Origin: Candidatus Limnocylindrales bacterium | GTDB taxonomy: Bacteria > Chloroflexota > Limnocylindria > Limnocylindrales > CSP1-4 | DNA length: 64,000 nt | Reading direction: 5' to 3' | Assembly (NCBI GenBank): GCA_036508755.1 | Contig: DATCGV010000007.1 | Span: forward strand, 24,153 to 88,152 | Part shown: positions 57,278-64,000 of the stretch, in pieces | Layout of the letters: each line of letters begins with the position of its first letter | Numbering within the stretch: position 1 is the first letter of the stretch | The notes under the pieces: model-generated | Seen by the model: the letters and a program-made list of their open reading frames with translations, nothing else | The model's database searches: none | What the model was told of the DNA's origin: nothing | Position numbers and translations under genes: made by a program

Positions 57278-57900
57278 TGGCCGGGGAATTCGCCGCCGTT
57301 CCGACCGATGCCCGACTTTGGCGACCACAGCGCGCCAAGGTGGCCAAGGGTGCGCCGTACATCGACAACGCCATTGCCGAGCCGTTCTGGAATGGCACGC
57401 GTGTGCTGGTCCTGTTCCGTGAATCCGAGCGTGAGGACGAGTTCGGCTCGGTCGAGGTGATCGACGAGACGGGCGCCAACGCATTCGATCTGGCACCGCG
57501 TGCCCTGGACCAGCTGCGCCGCTCGATCTTCGCCGGCGAGGCGGTCGTCGACGGCATCGTCACCGGCCAGACGCTGGAGCCGGGTGTCGAGATGGAATTC
57601 GACGAGCACCGTGGGCGACTGGGCAAGGATCTCGCCTTCGTGGCGCTCGACCTGCTGCGCATCGACCGCGAAACACTTTTCGATGTGCCACTCCTGGAGC
57701 GCAAGCGCCTGCTCGAGGGGGCCATCCAGCAGAGCCCGCTGGTGCGTATCTCACCGTGGGTCAGGCCGCCGATCACGGCATGGCTGCGGACGTGGACGCG
57801 GGCCGGGTTCAAGGGAGCCATGGTCAAGAACTCGAACAGCCGCTACGTGCCCGGTTCGATGACCGTCGAATGGGCGCCGGTTGATGGCGACCTCCGTTGA
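57277..57900 (+). CDS. ATP-dependent DNA-ligase-like nucleotidyltransferase-fold protein lacking catalytic residues
   Basis: ATG overlaps the galE TGA by 1 nt. AEPFWNGTR replaces motif I E-P-K-x-D-G-x-R. Also EAVVDGIV, FVALDLLRIDRETLFDVPLLERKRLLE and GFKGAMVKNSNSRYVPG. Confidence 0.65.
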   Translation: MAGEFAAVPTDARLWRPQRAKVAKGAPYIDNAIAEPFWNGTRVLVLFRESEREDEFGSVEVIDETGANAFDLAPRALDQLRRSIFAGEAVVDGIVTGQTLEPGVEMEFDEHRGRLGKDLAFVALDLLRIDRETLFDVPLLERKRLLEGAIQQSPLVRISPWVRPPITAWLRTWTRAGFKGAMVKNSNSRYVPGSMTVEWAPVDGDLR

Positions 57901-59009
57901 GCGCGACGCGGAACTGGCCGCTGGCGGTTCGTCGGGCACGGCCAGAGGACGAGCACCAGGTCATGGCCTTCTCGACTCAGACGTGGGGCGGGTGGGACTA
58001 CATGCCCCGAGCGTGGCCGCGCTGGATCGATGCGCCTGACGGCGTGCTGCTCGTCGGCGTCGTCGGCGGGGACGGCGGGATTGACGCCGAAGGCGCGACG
58101 CTGGCCGCGGGAACGGTCGTGGCCGTCGTCCGCCTGGCTATGCCCGCCGCGGGCGAGGCATGGCTGGAGGGCATCCGGGTCGAGCCGCGCGTCCGCGCCA
58201 CTGACGTCGCCAGTGACCTCCAGGTCGCCGAACTGCACTGGGCCGCCGCGAACGGCGCGCGCATCGTTCGCTACGCGACCAGCGCGCGCAACGAGGGCTC
58301 GATGCGACTGGGCGCGCGCGGCGGCTTCGAGCTGATCACAAGGCTGCCGGGCGTGTCGTGGGATGCGCCGGCACCGGCGGGAGCAGCAGTGGCCACAGAC
58401 CACGGCAACCATGATCCGAGCGGCTTCGACCCGCAGGTACAGGCCGAGGCCCGCCGGCGCCGGCGCGCGCTGCTCGACAGTCTCGCCGAGCGCGGCATGG
58501 TCGCCACGGAAAGACGCAGCGACGAGCTGTGGACGATGCTCGACGGCGACGAGGGCTTCAACGCGGCTGCGCGGATTTATGAGCCACGGCCGTGGGCGCT
58601 TGAGGAACTGACCGACGCCAAGTTCGCGGCCCACGCCGGCCGCGGCGAGGTCGTCGTCAGTGACGGCGAGGATGGCACGGCCGCTGCGATCGTCGTGGCA
58701 GACGTGGCGCCCGCCGAGGATGCGGCCATCCGGCTGTCAGTGCTGGGCGGCGCGCCGCGCGCTGCCTTCAACCTCGTTGACACGGCGCGCCAGCTGGCCG
58801 AAACCGGCATCCGCTTCCGCCACGCGCACGGCGCGCCGCTCGTGGCCGCCGTCGAGCAGCTCTACCGCGACGCTGGCTACACGTTCAGCGAATGGCCGCT
58901 GCACATCCTGGCCCGCGACATCGACGCGGCCCACCCAGTGCCGCCGCTGGACTCGTCGGCACTCAACCTGCTCGATCCACCAGGTGCCGTGATAACACCC
59001 GCCCAGTAA
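57897..59009 (+). CDS. GNAT-like acetyltransferase domain protein
   Basis: TTG start overlaps the upstream TGA. VRRARPEDEHQVMAF..., VVAVVRLAM...AWLEGIRVEPRVR... and NEGSMRLGARGGFE fit the GNAT topology. Confidence 0.6.
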   Translation: MSATRNWPLAVRRARPEDEHQVMAFSTQTWGGWDYMPRAWPRWIDAPDGVLLVGVVGGDGGIDAEGATLAAGTVVAVVRLAMPAAGEAWLEGIRVEPRVRATDVASDLQVAELHWAAANGARIVRYATSARNEGSMRLGARGGFELITRLPGVSWDAPAPAGAAVATDHGNHDPSGFDPQVQAEARRRRRALLDSLAERGMVATERRSDELWTMLDGDEGFNAAARIYEPRPWALEELTDAKFAAHAGRGEVVVSDGEDGTAAAIVVADVAPAEDAAIRLSVLGGAPRAAFNLVDTARQLAETGIRFRHAHGAPLVAAVEQLYRDAGYTFSEWPLHILARDIDAAHPVPPLDSSALNLLDPPGAVITPAQ

Positions 59010-59018
59010 GGTTCGGCT

Positions 59019-60314
59019 GTGCCAGCCGCTGCCCTGCCCAAATCGATCCGCGAGGCCGTCGCCAAGCTGGGCAGTGCCGACATCATGGTCGGCATCCCCT
59101 CGTACCGGAATGCGGCGACCATCGGCCATGTCGCGCGGGCGGCGCAGGCCGGCCTGGCGCAGTACTTTCCCGACCTGCGCCCCGTGCTCGTCAACGCCGA
59201 CGCCGGCTCGCCCGACGAGACCCAGCGCGTGGTCGTCGAGACCGAACCGCCCGAGTACGTCGAGCGCATCCTTCTCGTGCGGCCCGTCAACCGCGTGCAG
59301 CGCATCTCGCTGACCTATCCCGAGGTCGATGGCGTGAGCGGCAAGGGTGCCGCGTTGCGCACGATCTTCCAGATCGCCGGCGCGCTCAAGGTGAGTGCCC
59401 TCGTCGTCGTCGACTCCGACCTGCGCTCGATCGTGCCCGAGTGGATCGAGCTCCTCGCGGGTCCCATCCAGAAGGGTGGCTTCGACTTCGTCGCGCCGCT
59501 CTACTCGCGCTACAAGTACGACGGCACGATCACCAACACCGTCACCTACCCGATGACCCGGGCGCTGTACGGCCTGCGCATCCGCCAGCCGATCGGCGGC
59601 GATTTCGGAGTTTCTGGCGATCTCGTCCGGCACTACCTCGAGCAGGACGACTGGAACGCCGAGGTCTCGAAGTTCGGCATCGACATCTGGATGACGACCA
59701 AGGCCCTTACGGGCGGCTTTGCGGTCTGCCAGACCCGACTCGGCGCCAAGGTGCACGACCCAAAGGATCCCGGCGCAGACCTGGGGCCGATGTTTTCGCA
59801 GGTGCTGGCCACGCTGCTCCGCCTGACCGAGGAGCACGCCGAGCGCTGGCTCGACGTGCGCGGATCGCATGACGTTCCAATCTACGGCTTCGAGCGCCTG
59901 CTCGATCCTCCGCCACTGTCAGTCAACACGGCACGCCTGCTCGAGGAGTTCGTCAAGGGCCGCCTGAACGTGGGCGACGAGTGGCAGACCGCGCTCGCGG
60001 CCGACAATCTCGACGAGGTGAACGCGCTCATCGGCGACGCTGAAGCCGCGCTCGACGGCGGACCGTTCGTGTTTCCCGACGAGCTCTGGGCACGCATCGT
60101 CTACGACATCGCGATCGCCAACCACGAGCGGCGGTTGGAGCTGGACCGCCTCGTGGCCGCGCTGATGCCGCTCTACTTCGGCCGCGTCGCGTCACTCGTG
60201 CTCGAGACAGCCGAGCTGACGACCGACCAGGCCGAGGCGTTCGTCGAGCGCCAGGCGCGCGTCTTCGAGCTGAGCAAGCCGTACCTGGTCGAGCGCTGGA
60301 GGCGAGCGCAATGA
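59019..60314 (+). CDS. GT-A-fold glycosyltransferase-like protein
   Basis: GTG start. IMVGIPSYRNAATIGHV (GT2-like beginning) and VVVDSDLRS (DxD-like). 431 aa. Confidence 0.6.
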   Translation: MPAAALPKSIREAVAKLGSADIMVGIPSYRNAATIGHVARAAQAGLAQYFPDLRPVLVNADAGSPDETQRVVVETEPPEYVERILLVRPVNRVQRISLTYPEVDGVSGKGAALRTIFQIAGALKVSALVVVDSDLRSIVPEWIELLAGPIQKGGFDFVAPLYSRYKYDGTITNTVTYPMTRALYGLRIRQPIGGDFGVSGDLVRHYLEQDDWNAEVSKFGIDIWMTTKALTGGFAVCQTRLGAKVHDPKDPGADLGPMFSQVLATLLRLTEEHAERWLDVRGSHDVPIYGFERLLDPPPLSVNTARLLEEFVKGRLNVGDEWQTALAADNLDEVNALIGDAEAALDGGPFVFPDELWARIVYDIAIANHERRLELDRLVAALMPLYFGRVASLVLETAELTTDQAEAFVERQARVFELSKPYLVERWRRAQ

Positions 60315-62233
60315 GCCCGGTCAGCGGCCTGCCGCGCCGGATCCTGATCCCACTCGCCAATCCGCGCACGGCCGCCGACCTGATCAAGGTCGGTGCCGGG
60401 CTGCTCGCGCCGAGCGGGACGCTGACTGCTGTGGGCATCGTCGAGGTCCCGGAGGGCATGCCGCTCTCGGAAGGTGCGACCAAGGCGCGCCAGGCTCGGC
60501 GGCTGTTGCAGCGTGTCTACGAGTTCGCGCCTGCCGGTCTCGAGCTGCGCACGGTCGTGCGCATCGGCCGCCGGGCCGCCGAGGGCATCGTCGAGCTGGC
60601 GACGGAAGAAGAAGCGGATCTCATCATCTTTGGCTGGGCAGGGCGGCCCGGCGGCCGCCAGCCGGCCCACGACGCGGTCTTCTCGCCAACGATCGACGAG
60701 GTCGTACGCCACGCACCGTGCAACATCGCGGTCGTCAAGCAGCGCGGCATCAAGGACGTGCGCCGCATCCTGACGCCGGTACGCGGCGGCCCGCACGCCG
60801 AGCTGGCGCTGACCTACGCCGCAGCGCTGGGCAGGTACTTCGAGGCAGCCGTGGACGTTGTCCACGTGGTTCCGGCCGATATCTCGCCGGTCGTGCGTGC
60901 CCAGATGGAGCGCGCGCTGTCGACCTTCGTGCGCCTCAACGCCGACGAGCCGGCGCGGCCGCTGCTGATCGATGGCACGAACGTCGCGACAGCGATCATC
61001 CGCGAGGCCGAGTCGGCGCAGCTCATCGTCATGGGCGCGGCCGCAATGGAACCGGCCAGCACGGCCAATCTCGAGGGCGCCCTGTTCGGCGTGCTGCCCG
61101 AGACGGTCGCGCAGCACGCGCAGCCGTCGGTCATGGTCGTCAAGACGCGCGAGCCGCTGAGCAGGCAAACCTTCGAGCAGCGCGCCGCTCAGGCCGAGAC
61201 GCTCGAGGCGGCCGACCTCGCCGCCGAGCAGGCGCGCAGCGTCGCTGCCCGAGTTGACCGCTGGTTCGCCGAGTCGAACTATCACCACAGCGAGTTCGCC
61301 GACCTGGGCCGCCTCGTCGCGCTCAAGGAGCGCCAGGGACTGACAATCAGCGCCGTGCTGCCGACGCTCAACGAGGCGGCCACGATCGGGCCGATCGTCC
61401 GCCAGGCACGACGCGAGCTGATGGAGCGCTTTCCGCTCGTCGATGAGCTGCTCGTCATCGACAGCGAATCGACCGACGAGACGCGCGCCATCGCCGAGGC
61501 GGAGGGCGCGCGGGTCGTCGTCCATTCGGACGTCCTGACCCAATACGGCAGCTTCCGGGGCAAGGGCGAGGCGCTCTGGAAGAGCCTCTACGCGACGAGC
61601 GGCGACCTCGTCGCCTGGTCCGACACGGACATCGTCGACTGGCATCCGCGCTTCATATACGGGACGCTGGGCCCGCTCCTCGCCGAGCCGCGCATCGGCT
61701 ACGTCAAGGCCTACTACCAGCGTCCGATCGTCGAGGGCGGCGTGCTCAAGGAGGGCGGCGGCGGACGCGTCACGGAGCTCGTCGCGCGGCCGCTGATCAA
61801 TCTCTTCTTTCCCGAGCTGTCGGGCTACATCCAACCCCTGGCCGGGGAGTACGCCGGCCGGCGCGTGCACCTCGAGCAGATCCCCTTCTTCACCGGCTAC
61901 GCGGTCGAGATCGGCCACCTGATCGACCTCGCCGAGCGGCTCGACCTCGCCGGGCTGGGCCAGGTCGACCTCGAGGTGCGCATCCACCGCAACCAGGAGC
62001 TCGAGGGACTGTCGAAGATGAGCTTCGTAATTCTCCAAGCAGTCATGAAGCGGCTCGAGGAGCGACGCAAGGCGCGCCTCTTCGCCGAGCTGGGCTCGAG
62101 CATCAAGCTGCCGCGCTCAGGTCCAGGCCACCTGTCGCTCGAGGTGATCGATCTCGCCGACCAGGAGAGACCGCCGATGATCCGGATACCGGAGTACGCC
62201 GAACGCCGGACGGCGGTCGCCACGCCGGGCTGA
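60311..62233 (+). CDS. gpgS: tandem universal-stress-protein domains fused to glucosyl-3-phosphoglycerate synthase (GT81)
   Basis: ATGA overlap with the upstream gene. The N-terminal ~290 aa hold two Usp-like domains (RILIPLANP..., RILTPVRGGPHAE...). The C-terminal half has ISAVLPTLNEAATIG, FRGKGEALW, WSDTDIV, GGGRVTELVARPLINLFFPELSGYIQPLAGEYA and YAVEIGHLIDL, as in GpgS. Confidence 0.85.
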   Translation: MSPVSGLPRRILIPLANPRTAADLIKVGAGLLAPSGTLTAVGIVEVPEGMPLSEGATKARQARRLLQRVYEFAPAGLELRTVVRIGRRAAEGIVELATEEEADLIIFGWAGRPGGRQPAHDAVFSPTIDEVVRHAPCNIAVVKQRGIKDVRRILTPVRGGPHAELALTYAAALGRYFEAAVDVVHVVPADISPVVRAQMERALSTFVRLNADEPARPLLIDGTNVATAIIREAESAQLIVMGAAAMEPASTANLEGALFGVLPETVAQHAQPSVMVVKTREPLSRQTFEQRAAQAETLEAADLAAEQARSVAARVDRWFAESNYHHSEFADLGRLVALKERQGLTISAVLPTLNEAATIGPIVRQARRELMERFPLVDELLVIDSESTDETRAIAEAEGARVVVHSDVLTQYGSFRGKGEALWKSLYATSGDLVAWSDTDIVDWHPRFIYGTLGPLLAEPRIGYVKAYYQRPIVEGGVLKEGGGGRVTELVARPLINLFFPELSGYIQPLAGEYAGRRVHLEQIPFFTGYAVEIGHLIDLAERLDLAGLGQVDLEVRIHRNQELEGLSKMSFVILQAVMKRLEERRKARLFAELGSSIKLPRSGPGHLSLEVIDLADQERPPMIRIPEYAERRTAVATPG

Positions 62234-62243
62234 GGACTGCGCC

Positions 62244-63392
62244 GTGCGCGTGCTGATTGCGCCCGATTCGTTCAAGGGCTCGCTCGATCCGCTGGCGGTC
62301 GCGCGTGCCATTCACGATGGCTGGCAACGCGCGCGACCGCTCGATTCGCTGCGGCTGGCGCCGCTCGCCGACGGCGGCGAGGGCACGCTCGAGGCGATCA
62401 AGGCAGGCGGTGGCGACTGGATCGAGCTGCCGGCGCACGCCCGTGACCCGCTCGGTCGGCCGATGCGCGCCGCGTTCCTGCGCCGCGGCGACGAGAGTGT
62501 CATCGAGCTCGCCACGGCCTCTGGGCTGTCGCTCGTCGCCGCCGACGAGCGCGATGCCATGGCCGCATCAACGTTCGGCACCGGTCTCGTGCTCGCCGCG
62601 GCCATTGGCCTGGGCATTCGCCGAATCGTGCTCGGGCTGGGTGGCAGTGCCACGACCGACGGCGGCGCCGGCCTGCTGACCGCGCTCGGCGCCCAACTCC
62701 TGGATGCGGCCGGAAAGGAGATTCCGGCCGGCGGCGCCGGGCTGGCCAAGCTCGCGCGAATCGATCTCGGCGACGTGTCACCCATCCTCGCCGAGGTATC
62801 GCTGACGGTCGCCTCGGACGTGACCAATCCGCTGCTCGGCGACCTTGGTGCGGCGGCCGTTTACGGCCCGCAGAAAGGCGCCGACGAACAGCACGTCCGG
62901 CTCCTCGACGCCAACCTCGCCCACTACGCGGACCTGCTCGAGGCGGCCAGCGGCCGGCCGATCCGCAACGTCCCAGGCGCCGGCGCGGCCGGCGGCACTA
63001 CCGCTGGCCTGCTCGCCATCGCCGAGCGATTCGCCTCGTTCGAGATCAGGCCGGGCGTCGAGGTGGTAATGGAGCTGACCGGTTTCGACGCGGCCCTCGC
63101 GGACTGTGACCTGGTGTTGACCGGGGAAGGCCGCGTCGACGCGCAGACGGCATTCGGCAAGACCGCGTTCGGCGTGGCGCGGCGAGCGCGGGCGGCCGGA
63201 AAGAGTTGCATCTGCTTCTGTGCCGGCGCGACTGTGGAAGGCATCTCTGCCCTCGCCGCGCTCGGCGCGATCGTCGTCCCGGCCGTCCAGCAGCCCATGT
63301 CCCTCGAAGACGCGATCGCGGCCGGCGCGGCGCCTCTCGTCCGTGCAGCAGAGCGCGCCGCGCGACTAGTCTCGTTGGATGCCAGCCGCTAA
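62244..63392 (+). CDS. glxK: glycerate kinase
   Basis: GTG start. MRVLIAPDSFKGSL, PLADGGEGT and VLTGEGRVDAQTAFGK. Confidence 0.88.
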   Translation: MRVLIAPDSFKGSLDPLAVARAIHDGWQRARPLDSLRLAPLADGGEGTLEAIKAGGGDWIELPAHARDPLGRPMRAAFLRRGDESVIELATASGLSLVAADERDAMAASTFGTGLVLAAAIGLGIRRIVLGLGGSATTDGGAGLLTALGAQLLDAAGKEIPAGGAGLAKLARIDLGDVSPILAEVSLTVASDVTNPLLGDLGAAAVYGPQKGADEQHVRLLDANLAHYADLLEAASGRPIRNVPGAGAAGGTTAGLLAIAERFASFEIRPGVEVVMELTGFDAALADCDLVLTGEGRVDAQTAFGKTAFGVARRARAAGKSCICFCAGATVEGISALAALGAIVVPAVQQPMSLEDAIAAGAAPLVRAAERAARLVSLDASR

Positions 63393-64000
63393 GCGACCGC
63401 GGGCCAAGCGCAGGCGGGCCAAGCCGGATCCGGTCAAGGCCTGGCACTCACGCCTGCGCCGCTACCGGCCCCGCCTGATGGACGACACGCTCGACGCGCT
63501 CCGGCAGATGTACAGCCGGCCGGACTGGCAGCGCATCTACGACCCGACGAGCGAGTTGGTGCTGACCATGCTCTCGGCCAATAGCGCCGACATCAACGCC
63601 GAGAAAGCGTTCGACGCGCTGTGCCGGCACTGGCCCGCGCAGGATGCCAACAGGTCAGTCGGTGCCAAATCCGGCTTTCGCGCTGGCTGGGGTGGAATCG
63701 GGATCCAGGAGGGCGAAGCCGACTGGGCGGCCATCGCCGATGCTCCGATCGACGAGCTGATCGACGTCATCCGACCAGGTGGCCTCGGGCCGACCAAGGC
63801 GCCGCGCATCCAGGCCGTGCTGCGCAAGATCCTCGAGGAGCGGAGCGATTTCTCGCTCGAGTTCCTGGGCGAGATGAAGCCGGCAGAGGCGCTGGCGTGG
63901 CTGACCCAGATCCCGGGCATCGGGCGCAAGACGGCGTCGGTCGTGCTCCTGTTCTCGTTCGGCATGCCGCTCATGCCCGTCGACCGGCACATCGAGCGGG
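63379..64000 (+). CDS. endonuclease III-like HhH-GPD family protein (3' end outside window)
   Basis: Not in the ORF track because there is no stop before the window end. I translated by hand from ATG 63379: MPAAKRPRAKRRRAKPDPVKAWHSRLRRYRPRLMDDTLDALRQMYSRPDWQ...LTQIPGIGRKTASVVLLFSFGMPLMPVDRHIER (helix-hairpin-helix). 14-nt overlap with glxK. Confidence 0.75.
   Translation, partial: MPAAKRPRAKRRRAKPDPVKAWHSRLRRYRPRLMDDTLDALRQMYSRPDWQRIYDPTSELVLTMLSANSADINAEKAFDALCRHWPAQDANRSVGAKSGFRAGWGGIGIQEGEADWAAIADAPIDELIDVIRPGGLGPTKAPRIQAVLRKILEERSDFSLEFLGEMKPAEALAWLTQIPGIGRKTASVVLLFSFGMPLMPVDRHIER

Noticed and set aside
60173-62038. 621-aa minus-strand ORF; similar long antisense ORFs at 50856-52724, 7210-8745, 9609-10667, 28966-29226, 34012-35040, 58737-59870 and 43421-44446
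   Set aside because: Each lies opposite a gene with clear family motifs (GpgS, carboxylase/HMG-CoA lyase, MazG, PPIase, GuaB3, DUF4331, GT/GNAT, PdxS). Each shows the D/E/R/A/L/V-rich composition expected from stop-poor antisense frames at high GC.

Overview
GC-rich, densely coding bacterial chromosomal segment with about 60 CDS. Gene content looks like Actinobacteria/Chloroflexi-type Terrabacteria, but I cannot assign a taxon without a search. By eye I found no rRNA, tRNA, CRISPR array, transposase or integrase. Main blocks: (1) kdpB-kdpC, a kinase-less KdpD and an APC permease. (2) A minus-strand block of ppm1, GT4, a repeat protein, a PpiD-like protein, mazG, rph and rdgB. (3) A secreted FlgD-Ig protein, a LysM protein, mreBC and radC. 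(4) Membrane proteins, guaA and a guaB3 operon. (5) A GAF-GGDEF protein and tmk. (6) An ECF sigma/anti-sigma pair divergent from a DUF4331-TPR-NicO-like operon. (7) An R3H/AAA ATPase, a GNAT and pdxST. (8) A leucine-catabolism (liu-like) cluster. (9) A roughly 10-kb array of at least ten tightly packed plus-strand genes ending in a glucosylglycerate-type module (GT, Usp-GpgS fusion, glycerate kinase). The most noteworthy observations are these. A 34/35-identical 35-bp direct repeat brackets a 1.4-kb lower-GC insertion that carries an orphan FkbM methyltransferase; deleting it in silico restores a translationally coupled pdxT-GNAT junction. An excisionase-type HTH is fused in frame to the biotin carboxylase subunit of the liu cluster. 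A DNA-ligase-like protein has lost every catalytic residue. The ECF sigma gene is frameshifted and sits next to a candidate metal-acquisition system. A GGDEF protein has a GPDEF active site but an intact RxxD I-site. All functional calls come from motif recognition in the supplied translations; no database search was run.
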